A DNA stretch of 64,000 nt from an uncultured Dictyoglomota bacterium (lineage in GTDB: Bacteria > Dictyoglomota > Dictyoglomia > Dictyoglomales > Dictyoglomaceae). This document shows positions 51,400-64,000 of this stretch, one piece after another. Position 1 is the stretch's first letter; each line of letters begins with the position of its first letter. The position numbers and the translations under genes were made by a program. The notes under the pieces are model-generated. The model was not told where the DNA came from, searched no databases, and saw only the letters and a program-made list of their open reading frames with translations. The stretch lies in the NCBI GenBank assembly GCA_964654465.1, contig CAZZIO010000032.1, positions 32,001-96,000 on the forward strand. The letters run 5' to 3'.

Positions 51400-52293
51400 T
51401 TAAATATATCCAAGCTCTCTCAAAATTTCGGGTTTCTTCCTCCATTTTTCTCTAACTTTCACCCAAAGATCCAAATACACTTGTTTTTTAAAATATTCTT
51501 CCAACTCCATTCTTGCAAGAGTACCTATTTTCTTCAACATCTGACCATTTCTTCCAATTAAGATAGCCTTCTGAGTAGGTCTTTCAACTATAATAGTTGA
51601 ACGAATATAAATAAGTTGTCCATTTTTTCGTTCATCAATTTCATCTACATATACTGCAACCGAATGAGGTACTTCTTGATGAGTAAGATGAATGATCTTT
51701 TCTCTTATTATTTCTGAAATCCAGAATTTATCTGTTTGATCAGTTAACATATCTGGAGGATATAAAAATTCACCTTCTGGAGATAATTCCTTTAGTTTTT
51801 CTAAAAGTAAATCTTTATTAGTACCATATAGAGCTGATATTTCAATTATATTATTTGGATCTACTCCTAAGGAGATAATCTTATTTTTTCTTTCTTCCAA
51901 AATTTTCGTTGATACAGCATCAATCTTATTGAGTAATACTAAACAGGGTTTTTTTTGCCCTTTTACAAAATGAAGAAGGGTTTTATTATCTTCATCAAGT
52001 TCTAAGGTTGCATCAATTACATATAATACAATATCAGAGTCTTCAATAGTCTGTTTAATAGTTTTTTGCATATACTCCCCAAGTAAATGTTTTGGAGGAA
52101 ACCATCCAGGAGTATCTAAAAAAATAAATTGTGCGTCTTCTAAAGTCAAAACTCCTAATATCCTTTGCCTTGTTGTTTGAGGTTTGTCAGCTACTATAGA
52201 AACTTTTTCTCCTACTAAAAGATTCAATAGGGTGGATTTACCAGCATTGGGCTTACCTATAATACTTACATAAGCAAGTTTAGTATTGCCCAT
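51400..52293 (-). CDS. era: GTPase Era
   Basis: [26 protein letters not shown] domain IGRNGQMLK. Confidence 0.97.
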   Translation of the reverse strand: MGNTKLAYVSIIGKPNAGKSTLLNLLVGEKVSIVADKPQTTRQRILGVLTLEDAQFIFLDTPGWFPPKHLLGEYMQKTIKQTIEDSDIVLYVIDATLELDEDNKTLLHFVKGQKKPCLVLLNKIDAVSTKILEERKNKIISLGVDPNNIIEISALYGTNKDLLLEKLKELSPEGEFLYPPDMLTDQTDKFWISEIIREKIIHLTHQEVPHSVAVYVDEIDERKNGQLIYIRSTIIVERPTQKAILIGRNGQMLKKIGTLARMELEEYFKKQVYLDLWVKVREKWRKKPEILRELGYI

Positions 52294-52684
52294 TATTTTT
52301 CCTCCAATTTAAAACTGTGAGGTAATAACTCTTCTACTTTATATCTATAAAATCTTTCTTCTTTAGAATTATACAATAATACTTCCATCTTAGGAGAAAA
52401 TTCCATCATAACCTGTCTACAAGCCCCACAAGGTGGTACTCCATCTCCATCTTTACCAACAATCACAATTTTCAAAAATTCTTCCTCACCCTCACTAACT
52501 GCTTTAAAAATAGCAACCCGTTCAGCACAAATAGTTAGACCATAAGAAGCATTTTCTATGTTTACTCCAGTATATATCTTTCCACTCTTAGTTAACAAAA
52601 CAGCTCCTACAGGAAAGTTAGAATAAGGAGAATAGGAAAATTTCAAAACATCTCTTGCAATTTCAAGAAGGTCTTTATCTTCCA

Positions 52685-52685
<1 letters not shown>
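52293..52685 (-). CDS. cdd: Cytidine deaminase
   Basis: YSPYSNFPVGA, NIENASYG..CAER, PCGACRQ. Confidence 0.96.
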
Positions 52686-55557
<2,872 letters not shown>

Positions 55558-55575
55558 CTTTTCCTCACACCCCTT

Positions 55576-55944
55576 TTATTGAAGTCTAAAGATTTTTATA
55601 TATTTTATAAATATTAAAATACCTGAAATAAAAGCCAAAAGCGACAATATAAAAACAGCTGATGCTGACAAGTCCTTAACTATTTTTATCTGAGGAGAAT
55701 AACTATTATTTATAAAGTCCATAGCCTTTTCTATAGCTGTATTCATATACTCAGCACTTATAACAACTCCAATCCATAATAACACAACAAGTATATCATT
55801 TAAGCTAAAATGAAAACAAAGCATAAAGAGAATTAATATACCTGTAATTAATATCTGAATTTTAATGTTTCTTTCGTATTTAATACCAAATACAAGACCA
55901 TCTATTGCTTTAGTGAAACTTTCCCTAAGACTTCTATTTTTCAT
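55576..55944 (-). CDS. dgkA: Diacylglycerol/undecaprenol kinase (DgkA family)
   Basis: ERN, EYMNTAIE, KDLSASAV. ATG 55944 overlaps the ybeY TGA (ATGA). Confidence 0.88.
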   Translation of the reverse strand: MKNRSLRESFTKAIDGLVFGIKYERNIKIQILITGILILFMLCFHFSLNDILVVLLWIGVVISAEYMNTAIEKAMDFINNSYSPQIKIVKDLSASAVFILSLLAFISGILIFIKYIKIFRLQ

Positions 55945-56372
55945 TTTTTCCATAGACTTATTAATTTTAAGGTTTCTCTTTCCATTTCTTCAAAATCTTT
56001 TTCTTCTTCATGATCATAACCAAGAATATGTAAAGTGCCATGAAGACTTAAAAAAGCTATTTCATCTAATAAATCTTTATTATTTTCTATTGCCTGTTTT
56101 GTAGCAGTATCATAAGAGATATATATTTCACCAATAAGTCTACCCTTGGGATCTTTTCCTAAGGAAAATGACAAAACATCTGTAGGTATGTCTTTCCCTC
56201 TATATTTACTATTTAGCTCTTTAATCTTATCATCATCAACTATAACAATAGATAAATCATATTTATTAGGTAAAAATCCCTTTTTCTTAAAAACCTCTTT
56301 AATAAAGTCTTTTACTTTATCAAGTTCCTTCTTATTAATTTTATTCTTCAAATCAAATACATTTACACTCAT
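55941..56372 (-). CDS. ybeY: rRNA maturation endoribonuclease YbeY
   Basis: LNSKYRGKD.PTDVLSF, HGTLHILGYDH. Confidence 0.96.
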   Translation of the reverse strand: MSVNVFDLKNKINKKELDKVKDFIKEVFKKKGFLPNKYDLSIVIVDDDKIKELNSKYRGKDIPTDVLSFSLGKDPKGRLIGEIYISYDTATKQAIENNKDLLDEIAFLSLHGTLHILGYDHEEEKDFEEMERETLKLISLWKK

Positions 56373-57265
56373 TTAATTTTTTTCTCCCATTTTTCATAAG
56401 CTTTAATTATCTCTTTCACGATATCATGTCTAACCACATCTTCTTCCGTGAGTTCCACAAAAGCAATACCTTTTATTCCTTGCAAAATATTCCAAGCATG
56501 TATAAGACCAGACATTTTATTAGTATCAAGATCTGTTTGAGTAACATCACCTGCAACAACCATTTTACTCCCAAAACCAAATCTTGTTAAAAACATTTTC
56601 ATCTGCATTGGAGTTGTATTTTGTGCCTCATCTAGAAGAACAAAAGAATCTTTGAAGGTCCGCCCTCTCATATATGCTAATGGAACTATCTCTATCATAT
56701 TTCTCTCTATATATTTTAAAAGCCTTTCTAGTCCTAAAAGTTCTTCTAAAAAATCATATAACGGCCTAACATATGGATCTACTTTTTGTTGTATATCCCC
56801 AGGGAGAAAACCAAGCTTCTCACCTGCTTCAACTACTGGTCTTGTCAATACTATCTTCTTTACTATATTATTCCTCAAAAAAGAAATACCCATAGCTATA
56901 GCCAAAAAGCTCTTACCTGTTCCTGCGGGCCCTTTTGCAATAACAATTTCATTTTTTTCTATAGCTTCCACATATTTTTTCTGCCCCGGGGTTAATACTT
57001 TTACTATTTTTTTGTCAAAAATTAGAAGTTTACTTCCATCAGTAGGCCCTTTCATAGAAAAACTATTTATCTGGTCCAATAAATACTGCTCAACCCTTTT
57101 TATAACTTCAGGAGATCCATTCATTGTAATCCTATCCTCTAATATTTTTATTTCTATGTTTTCTTCTATAACCTCTATTTCTTTTAACTTTTTAGCAATA
57201 TTTTCCTTATATGCTTGTAATTCTTTTGGTATTATTATCTCTGTTTTAATTATAGTCCTTTCCAT
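56369..57265 (-). CDS. phoH: PhoH family protein
   Basis: GPAGTGKS, RPVVEAGEKLGFLPGD, PLAYMRGRT, DEAQN. Confidence 0.95.
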   Translation of the reverse strand: MERTIIKTEIIIPKELQAYKENIAKKLKEIEVIEENIEIKILEDRITMNGSPEVIKRVEQYLLDQINSFSMKGPTDGSKLLIFDKKIVKVLTPGQKKYVEAIEKNEIVIAKGPAGTGKSFLAIAMGISFLRNNIVKKIVLTRPVVEAGEKLGFLPGDIQQKVDPYVRPLYDFLEELLGLERLLKYIERNMIEIVPLAYMRGRTFKDSFVLLDEAQNTTPMQMKMFLTRFGFGSKMVVAGDVTQTDLDTNKMSGLIHAWNILQGIKGIAFVELTEEDVVRHDIVKEIIKAYEKWEKKIK

Positions 57266-57272
57266 ATATCAC

Positions 57273-57443
57273 TTACTTTTTCTTCTTTGATTGAGCTTTT
57301 TTTCTATTCCTTTTTTCACTAGGTTTTTCATAATATTCATGTCTACGTATATCTGACAATACTCCATCTTCTTGTAACTTTTTCTTAAATCTTTTTAAAG
57401 CACTATCCAAGCTTTCATCTTTTCCTACTCTTACTTCTGTCAC
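57273..57443 (-). CDS. rpsU: 30S ribosomal protein S21 (missed by the ORF track)
   Basis: GTG start behind [61 protein letters not shown], 56 aa. Confidence 0.96.
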   Translation of the reverse strand: MTEVRVGKDESLDSALKRFKKKLQEDGVLSDIRRHEYYEKPSEKRNRKKAQSKKKK

Positions 57444-57459
57444 ATTCTTCCCTCCTTTC

Positions 57460-58713
57460 TTATCTTATTTTTAACTCATCTTTCAATAATTTTGCATAAA
57501 CTTTACTCTTTTCCTCATCTATATCTTCTAATATTACTTTTACATAATTACCTTCTTCCAAATAGTATGGACCTTCAAACTCCACCTTTATATAATTATC
57601 AGTAGTACCCCTGTATATATTACTCTCTTTCTCTTCTATCATAACCTCGATTTCTTTACCTATAAAAGATGATACATATTCTTCCCATAATAAATTACTC
57701 AGATCTAACAATTTCCTTTTTCTCTCTTCTATTATCTTAGGAGGAAGAGGGGTAAGCTTTCCAGCAAGAGTAAAAGGGCGAGGAGAAAAAGGAAAAACAT
57801 GTATTTTCATAAACCTAATTTTTTTAGCAAATTCTAAGGTTTGTTTAAAATGTTCATCGGTTTCCTCAGGATATCCAACTATTATATCTGTAGTAATTGC
57901 AATATCAGGCACTTTTTCCCTTAACTTATTGACAAGATCAGAAAAATATTTGGTATCATATTTCCTATTCATCTTTCTAAGGATCTCATCAGATCCACTT
58001 TGAAGAGGTATATGCCAATGCCTACAAAGCTTAGGATGAGAAGCAATAGAAATCAATTTATCAGATATATCCATTGGTTCCAAAGAACTTAGTCTTACTT
58101 TGTAAAGTCCTTCTATTTCAAATATATCAGTAAGAAGCTTTACTAAAGCATTTTTATCTCCTAAATCATGCCCATATGCACCTAATCTTATTCCTGTTAA
58201 TACTATCTCTTTATGGCCACGAGCTACCAATTCTTCAACTTCCCTGATTACATAATCCAAACTTTTACTTCTTTCTCTACCACGAAGATAAGGAACTATA
58301 CAATAACTACAAAATTGATTGCAACCATCTTGTATTTTAAGAATAGCTCTTGCTCTATCCTCAGATACCAAGAATACAGAATCTTCATTACCCCCGAAAA
58401 ATTCCCACTTTTTTTTATTATCCAACAAAAAATCTACCTTCAATTCTTCTGGTAAAAGTTTAATCCTTTCTGAGTAACAACCAGCAAGTACAATTCTAGT
58501 ATTTTTATAATGGTTTCTTATGTAATTAATGAGTCTTCTTGCTTTTCTCTCTGCTACATGAGTTACAGCACAACTATTAATAAAGAAAAGATCAGGTTCG
58601 TCATTTAAAGATACTACATCCCATCCCTCTTTTATAGCTAAATATTTAAGCTTCTCTGTTTCATACTGATTTACTTTACATCCGAAAGTATAAAAAGCAA
58701 CTTTTCTACTCAA
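57460..58713 (-). CDS. mtaB: tRNA t6A methylthiotransferase
   Basis: [30 protein letters not shown] radical SAM motif, TRAM C-terminus. Confidence 0.94.
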   Translation of the reverse strand: MSRKVAFYTFGCKVNQYETEKLKYLAIKEGWDVVSLNDEPDLFFINSCAVTHVAERKARRLINYIRNHYKNTRIVLAGCYSERIKLLPEELKVDFLLDNKKKWEFFGGNEDSVFLVSEDRARAILKIQDGCNQFCSYCIVPYLRGRERSKSLDYVIREVEELVARGHKEIVLTGIRLGAYGHDLGDKNALVKLLTDIFEIEGLYKVRLSSLEPMDISDKLISIASHPKLCRHWHIPLQSGSDEILRKMNRKYDTKYFSDLVNKLREKVPDIAITTDIIVGYPEETDEHFKQTLEFAKKIRFMKIHVFPFSPRPFTLAGKLTPLPPKIIEERKRKLLDLSNLLWEEYVSSFIGKEIEVMIEEKESNIYRGTTDNYIKVEFEGPYYLEEGNYVKVILEDIDEEKSKVYAKLLKDELKIR

Positions 58714-58717
58714 GGTA

Positions 58718-59458
58718 TTATAGTAAACCTAAGCCTCCTTTCTCATAGAGAAGGAGAGCAGAAGAAACAATAGCAGCAGTGTCCACTTTTAATATTCTTG
58801 GTCCCATATTAAAAAATTTTCCCCCAAAATTTCTCATCATCTCTATCTCTTCTTCACTAAAGCTTCCTTCTGGACCTATAAAAAGAAAAACTTTATCTTT
58901 AACTCCATTTTCAAACACTTTTTTTAAGTCCTCTTTAGCCCCTTCCCATGCTACCAATATATCTGCCTTTTCTTCTTTAGCCAACCTAAGACATTCTTCC
59001 AAATTCAATACGTTAAAAAGATTTGGTACAAAATTCCTTCCACACTGTTTAACTGTTTCTCTTATTATTTTATTCCACCTAACATACTTTTTCTCAAATT
59101 CCTCTTTTGTTAAGTTTACAATACTTCTTTGGGTTTGTAAAGGAATAAAAGCAAAAACTCCTAACTCGGTACATTTTTCCAAAATTAGCTCCCACTTATC
59201 TTTCTTTGGTAAACTTTGACAAAGATAAATATTTACCTTGCTTTCTTTGTCTCCAATCTCAGAAACAATTTTGCAAGTTATTTCTTTGTCATTTACTTTT
59301 TCAACTAATGTTAGATACAATTTAGAATCATAATTTACCTGTAGTTGATCTCCCTTTTCTATTCTCAACACCTTAGAAATATGGTAAACATCATTTTTAT
59401 CATCAATTATCAAATAGTCTGGAGGTTTCAGTTTTGAGGCAAAGAAAGTTGGAGACAT
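58718..59458 (-). CDS. rsmE: 16S rRNA m3U1498 methyltransferase
   Basis: H..KVLR, KCTELGV, KQCGR, IGPEG, GPRIL..DTA. Confidence 0.95.
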   Translation of the reverse strand: MSPTFFASKLKPPDYLIIDDKNDVYHISKVLRIEKGDQLQVNYDSKLYLTLVEKVNDKEITCKIVSEIGDKESKVNIYLCQSLPKKDKWELILEKCTELGVFAFIPLQTQRSIVNLTKEEFEKKYVRWNKIIRETVKQCGRNFVPNLFNVLNLEECLRLAKEEKADILVAWEGAKEDLKKVFENGVKDKVFLFIGPEGSFSEEEIEMMRNFGGKFFNMGPRILKVDTAAIVSSALLLYEKGGLGLL

Positions 59459-59466
59459 AAATAATA

Positions 59467-60504
59467 TTAATCTCCTAAAAGTTGGGTTAACCTTTCTGAT
59501 AAAGTTTTACCTATAAGTTCTACAAAGGCTAAAGATCTTTCATATTTCATTCTCTTTGGACCTATCATACCAATAGACCCTATAGTATTTTCTCCTAAAG
59601 AATATACAGTTGTAATAATACTACAATCGATTAGTTCAGGAATACTAATCTCTCCTCCAATAAGTATTGTTAAACCCTTTCTAAGATAGGAAGTAAAAAG
59701 CAAAGAGGAGATAGTTTTTTCCTCCTCTAAGACATCTAATAAGGTTTTTACTTTATTTATATTCTGAAACTCTAAATACTGTAATATCTTTGAAACACCA
59801 GCTACAATTACGCCCTCTTCCCTTTCTGTATATAATAAGTCTTGTAAAATATCTAAAACTCCAGTTTTTATTTCTATCGGCATTTTAAAATCTAGTTTTT
59901 CCTTAGATAATGTCCAATAAATCTCCTGAAGCTCCTTATTTTCAAACCTTGTATTAAGTTTCACCCTCAAATCATTAAATTCCTCTTCAGACATAGAGTT
60001 AGACAATCTTACTATCTTTTCCTTAACAACACCTGTAGAAGTAGTAACAATTATAACAACAGCATCTTCTTTCAAGTCTATAAACTCAATCTTTTTCAAA
60101 GTAGTTTTATCAAGTTGGGGGAATAGAACCACACCAATAAATGCAGTTCTCTCAGAAATTAACTCAGCAACTCTTCTAAGAAGCCCTTCCCAATTAATTG
60201 AAGAAAAAATTATACTATTAGCTACCTCTATGTCCTCATTATATAATTCGTAATTATCTAAAAGAAAATCCACATAGAAACGATAACCTCTATCAGATGG
60301 AATCCTACCAGCCGAAGTATGAGGTTGTATTAGATAACCTTCTTCCTCTAAATCTGCCATCTCATTTCTAATAGTAGCAGGACTCCATCCCAGTAAATAT
60401 TTTTTAGCTAATATTCTTGAACTTACCGGCTGAGCAGACTCTATATAATCCTTTACTGTAATTTTTAGTATGATCTTTTTTCTATCGTCTAACAACCTTA
60501 GCAC
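59467..60504 (-). CDS. hrcA: Heat-inducible transcription repressor
   Basis: SPATIRNEMADLEEEGYL.QPHTSAGRIPSDRGYRFYVD, IGPKRM.Y. Confidence 0.96.
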   Translation of the reverse strand: MLRLLDDRKKIILKITVKDYIESAQPVSSRILAKKYLLGWSPATIRNEMADLEEEGYLIQPHTSAGRIPSDRGYRFYVDFLLDNYELYNEDIEVANSIIFSSINWEGLLRRVAELISERTAFIGVVLFPQLDKTTLKKIEFIDLKEDAVVIIVTTSTGVVKEKIVRLSNSMSEEEFNDLRVKLNTRFENKELQEIYWTLSKEKLDFKMPIEIKTGVLDILQDLLYTEREEGVIVAGVSKILQYLEFQNINKVKTLLDVLEEEKTISSLLFTSYLRKGLTILIGGEISIPELIDCSIITTVYSLGENTIGSIGMIGPKRMKYERSLAFVELIGKTLSERLTQLLGD

Positions 60505-60524
60505 TCTCCCTTTAAGACTGCTAA
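60498..60524. promoter_or_regulatory. CIRCE operator overlapping the hrcA RBS and GTG start
   Basis: TTAGCACTC-N9-GACTGCTAA, one mismatch from TTAGCACTC-N9-GAGTGCTAA. Confidence 0.93.
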
Positions 60525-60537
60525 TTTTTCCTTTAAC

Positions 60538-60567
60538 ATAATAGCACTAATTTTAATTTTATGTCAA
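60538..60567 (-). promoter_or_regulatory. Sigma70 promoter of the hrcA operon
   Basis: TTGACA-18 nt-TATTAT with TG extension. Confidence 0.65.
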
Positions 60568-60601
60568 GTTTTAAAAAAGGATTAAAAGGTTTAATTTGTT
60601 A

Positions 60602-61444
60602 TTATTTTTCATTACCTTTATGCACTCCTTTATATGGTTGATAGGGAACTGGTATATACTGAACAGAAGGTCTTGTTCCTGGATTTTGAGGATAAAGGTT
60701 CATAAGGGCATATATCTCTTTCGGTAATCCTACCTTAACAGGTAAACCTAATTTTATGGCCTCCTCAACAGTTATAGGATAATCATGAGTCCATGTACCT
60801 GTAGCAAGGATCTCTGCAAGTTCTTTAGCTTTTTCTTCTGACATTTTGTCTTTTAACAGTTCATAAACCGATTCTTTTACTTGTTTAATAGCCTTTTCTG
60901 CCACATCTCCTAATATAAGAGTTTTATCCTCAACCTTATCTGCACCTTTTCTATTTATTGCATTTAATATGGAAGCTGCAGGATATTCACCAAGTTGTGG
61001 ATCTACTGGACCAAGAACCGCATTTTCATCCATAATGATCTCGTCTGCTGACAAAGCTATAAATGTACCACCAGACATAGCATAATGGGGAACAAAAACT
61101 GTTACTTTCCCCTTATGATTTTTCAAAGCATGAGCTATTTGTTCTGCTGCAAGTACAAGTCCACCAGGAGTATGTAAAATAAGATCAATAGGCATATCTT
61201 CCGGTGTCAATCTTATTGCTCTTAAAACTTCTTCTGAATCCTCAATATTTATATACCTTGCTATGGGAATACCAAAAAGATTCATTGTTTCTTGTCTGTG
61301 AATCAGGGTTATAACTCTTGATCCTCTTTTTCTCTCTATAAGCTGTATTAACCTAAATCTTTCAGCCTCAATAACCCTTTGTCTTACTATGGGAGACAAA
61401 CTACTTAATATAAAGACTATCCAAAATATATCCCAAAAACCCAT
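60602..61444 (-). CDS. SDH-family (DUF114) ClpP-fold serine protease
   Basis: LIHRQE, LILHTPGG, VPHYAMSGGT, LGPVDPQ, WTHDYPI. N-terminal hydrophobic segment. Confidence 0.9.
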   Translation of the reverse strand: MGFWDIFWIVFILSSLSPIVRQRVIEAERFRLIQLIERKRGSRVITLIHRQETMNLFGIPIARYINIEDSEEVLRAIRLTPEDMPIDLILHTPGGLVLAAEQIAHALKNHKGKVTVFVPHYAMSGGTFIALSADEIIMDENAVLGPVDPQLGEYPAASILNAINRKGADKVEDKTLILGDVAEKAIKQVKESVYELLKDKMSEEKAKELAEILATGTWTHDYPITVEEAIKLGLPVKVGLPKEIYALMNLYPQNPGTRPSVQYIPVPYQPYKGVHKGNEK

Positions 61445-61459
61445 AAAATCACCTCCTAT

Positions 61460-62137
61460 TTAAAAATAATAGTAATACCAATATCTTTTTCTAAAATATT
61501 TAGAAATCATAAACCCAAAAACAAAGCCACCTATATGAGCCCACCATGCTATTCCACCGCTTAAGTCTAAAAATATCAATGAGAAAAAACCAGAAAATAA
61601 TTGCAAAATAAACCATAAACCCAAATAAATAAAGGCAGGAACATAAATAAAATCAATAAAAAAACCCCAAAAAGCTATAGTTAAAATTCTTGCCCCTGGA
61701 TAGAATCTGATATAAGCTCCTAAAACTCCCGCTATAGCACCACTTGCTCCAATAGCAGGTATATATGGATTTACACTAAATAGGACTTGGACTAAACCAG
61801 CAACAATTCCAGAAAAAAGATAAAAAAGTAAATATCTAAAATGTCCCATAGCATCTTCCACATTATCCCCAAATATATAAAGATATATCATGTTACCAAT
61901 AATATGAGACCATCCCCCATGAAGAAACATGGATGTAAAAAGAGATAAAATCGCAGAGGATAACAAATTTGGATTATAGAAACGATAAGGCAAAATACCA
62001 AACTTAAAGAAGATATTTTCCCTAATATATGATGGTAATGTAATTTCCCATAAAAAAACGGCTATATTAATAAATATAAGTAAGGTATTAACAAAAGGAT
62101 ATTTTTTTGAAGGAATATCATCTCTTAGAGGGATCAT
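61460..62137 (-). CDS. Rhomboid intramembrane serine protease
   Basis: MIPLRDD, SMFLHGG..H..GNM, GASGAIAG, AHIGGF. Confidence 0.94.
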   Translation of the reverse strand: MIPLRDDIPSKKYPFVNTLLIFINIAVFLWEITLPSYIRENIFFKFGILPYRFYNPNLLSSAILSLFTSMFLHGGWSHIIGNMIYLYIFGDNVEDAMGHFRYLLFYLFSGIVAGLVQVLFSVNPYIPAIGASGAIAGVLGAYIRFYPGARILTIAFWGFFIDFIYVPAFIYLGLWFILQLFSGFFSLIFLDLSGGIAWWAHIGGFVFGFMISKYFRKRYWYYYYF

Positions 62138-62163
62138 TCTATTAACCTTCTTAATAATATATT

Positions 62164-62541
62164 TTATAGTATAGCTATTGCTTCTATCTCAATTTTTGCA
62201 CCACGAGGTAATGCTGATACTTGTATAGTGGATCTTGCTGGAGGTTTTTCTGGAAAATAGTCTTTATAAACTTCATTCATTAGAGAAAACTCAGATAAGT
62301 CTATCATGAATACTGTAGTTTTCACCACATTTGCTAAACTTGCTCCTACAGCCTCTAAAATACCTTTTATATTCTCTAATACCCTTTTAGTTTGCTCCTT
62401 TATATCTCCATCCACCATATTTCCAGAAGAAGGATCAATAGGAATTTGTCCTGATATAAAGATTAAGTTTCCTACCTTTACAGCTTGAGAGTAGGGACCA
62501 ATAGCAGAAGGAGCTTTTGAAGTTGATATAATCTCCTTCAT
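62164..62541 (-). CDS. ridA: RidA family reactive-intermediate deaminase
   Basis: [28 protein letters not shown]. Confidence 0.94.
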   Translation of the reverse strand: MKEIISTSKAPSAIGPYSQAVKVGNLIFISGQIPIDPSSGNMVDGDIKEQTKRVLENIKGILEAVGASLANVVKTTVFMIDLSEFSLMNEVYKDYFPEKPPARSTIQVSALPRGAKIEIEAIAIL

Positions 62542-62544
62542 AAA

Positions 62545-63147
62545 TTAACCTCCTTTAATTAAAATTGGAAAAAACTCTTTTAATTTTTTAAATGCTATAG
62601 TTCTATGACTTATCTCATTCTTTTCCTGTTCTTTCAATTCTCCAAAAGTTTTCCCGAGGGGAGGATAATAAAAAATTGGATCATAACCAAATCCAGAATC
62701 TCCCCTTATTTCAAAAGCTATATAACCTTCCACAACTCCTCCTGTCACTATTTTTATATCATTTTTATGATCATAGTATACTACTTTACAAATAAACCTT
62801 GCTGTCCTTTTTTCCCAAGGCACATCTCTTAATTTTTCAAGTATAATATTCATTCTTTCCTTATAACTTAAATCCTCTTCAAACCTTGAGGAGTAAACTC
62901 CCAATATACCCTTTAACATATTTATCTCTAATCCAGAATCTTCACCTATAGCTGGTAGATTTAATTTTTCAGAAATAAATTTTGCTTTTAGAAAAGCATT
63001 TTCTTCGTAAGTTTTTCCTATTTCTTCCGGTAAAGATATCTCTATAAATTCATCCAAGGTTTTTAAATAATCTTTATATTCTTTTAAAATCTCATAAATT
63101 TCTTTTATTTTTCCTTTATTTTTGGTAGCTAATACTATATACCTCAT
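62545..63147 (-). CDS. rdgB: dITP/XTP pyrophosphatase (RdgB/HAM1)
   Basis: [32 protein letters not shown]. Confidence 0.95.
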   Translation of the reverse strand: MRYIVLATKNKGKIKEIYEILKEYKDYLKTLDEFIEISLPEEIGKTYEENAFLKAKFISEKLNLPAIGEDSGLEINMLKGILGVYSSRFEEDLSYKERMNIILEKLRDVPWEKRTARFICKVVYYDHKNDIKIVTGGVVEGYIAFEIRGDSGFGYDPIFYYPPLGKTFGELKEQEKNEISHRTIAFKKLKEFFPILIKGG

Positions 63148-63872
63148 AATAAACCTAATGTCTTTTTTTGGATTTCTATTAGTTTTAGAATACCCTGTTT
63201 AGCCAAACTTAACATCTGTTCTAATTGTTCATGAGTAAAAGGTACCTTTTCAGCAGTCCCCTGGATCTCAACAAATCTTCCACTCTCTGTCATTACAACG
63301 TTGAGATCAACCTCTGCCCTCATATCCTCGTTTGATGAAAGATCCAACAAAATCTCACCATCTACAATTCCAACACTTATAGCAGCAACAAACTCCTTTA
63401 TAGGTATCTCCTTTATAAGTCCTTCCCTTCTTAATTTTTCTAATGCATCGTATAAAGCAACAAAAGCTCCAGTAATTGCAGCTGTCCTTGTTCCCCCATC
63501 AGCCTGAATAACATCAGCATCAATCCAGAGAGTTCTTTCACCTAACTTAGAAAAATCTATAACAGCTCTCAAAGAACGTCCTATCAGTCTTTGTATCTCT
63601 TGAGATCTTCCGTTTATTGCCCCTTTTACTATATCTCTTACTTTTCTTTCTGGTGTAGATCCAGGAAGCATTCCGTATTCTGCAGTAAGCCATCCTTGGT
63701 TAGTTCCTTTCAAAAATGGTGGTACTTTATCCTCCATGGATACAGTACATATTACTCTAGTTTCGCCCATCTCAATAAGAACTGAACCAAGAGGATATTT
63801 TAAATATCTCCTTGTAATTTTAACTGGCCTAAGATCTGTGTTTGATCTTTTATCAATCCTGATCATTGTCAC
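63144..63872 (-). CDS. rph: Ribonuclease PH
   Basis: [38 protein letters not shown]. Confidence 0.97.
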   Translation of the reverse strand: MTMIRIDKRSNTDLRPVKITRRYLKYPLGSVLIEMGETRVICTVSMEDKVPPFLKGTNQGWLTAEYGMLPGSTPERKVRDIVKGAINGRSQEIQRLIGRSLRAVIDFSKLGERTLWIDADVIQADGGTRTAAITGAFVALYDALEKLRREGLIKEIPIKEFVAAISVGIVDGEILLDLSSNEDMRAEVDLNVVMTESGRFVEIQGTAEKVPFTHEQLEQMLSLAKQGILKLIEIQKKTLGLL

Positions 63873-64000
63873 CTTCCTCTTTCTTTAAGTTTATTAACCA
63901 TTTTATCATACTCCTCTTTATTCACAAAACCTACAAGCAAGTATTCTTGTCCTTCTGAAAAAATAAGTTCTGGATATAAATAAAATTCCTTTATCTCTTT
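63869..64000 (-). CDS. 3' end of an unidentified CDS entering from the window edge
   Basis: Open frame [43 protein letters not shown]. Its TGA overlaps the rph GTG (GTGA). Confidence 0.6.
   Translation of the reverse strand, partial: KEIKEFYLYPELIFSEGQEYLLVGFVNKEEYDKMVNKLKERGR

Noticed and set aside
51383..51445. N-terminal extension of DeoC in the ORF track
   Set aside because: It overlaps the era 3' end, and a better ATG with RBS lies at 51382
56652..57290. 212-aa plus-strand ORF, and similar ones such as 45162-45653, 58779-59219 and 7448-7873
   Set aside because: Antisense shadows of well-conserved genes, with Ser/Phe/Ile-rich composition and no family motifs

Overview
AT-rich bacterial chromosomal segment made up almost entirely of housekeeping genes. 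The gene order is Firmicutes-like (hrcA-rsmE-mtaB-rpsU-phoH-ybeY-dgkA...era-recO-glyQS-ppdK-dgt-dnaG-rpoD), yet it carries an LptF/G permease and archaeal-type or thermophile genes (TrpB2, PGI/PMI, archease, EndoQ-like). This fits a thermophilic diderm such as Dictyoglomus, which is my inference and is unverified. The window holds about 56 CDS, 7 tRNAs, a Trp T-box before trpB2, a TPP riboswitch before thiT-thiN, and a CIRCE operator overlapping the hrcA start codon. The ORF track missed or mis-started rpsU, infC (ATA start), a CNNM gene (probable CTG start) and two edge-truncated CDS. The only accessory-looking region is 0.4-3.6 kb: an orphan GH127, a decayed DDE transposase between two tRNAs, and a possible shikimate kinase relic. 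I found no CRISPR array, prophage or intact mobile element. The best candidates for undescribed biology are a metallophosphoesterase plus ParB/Srx-fold (DUF4032-like) pair, a ThiT with a large TM-coiled-coil-TM insertion, a hairpin-split Shine-Dalgarno before the dGTPase gene, a divergent YchF coupled to gyrA-archease, and a rhomboid plus SDH-protease pair.
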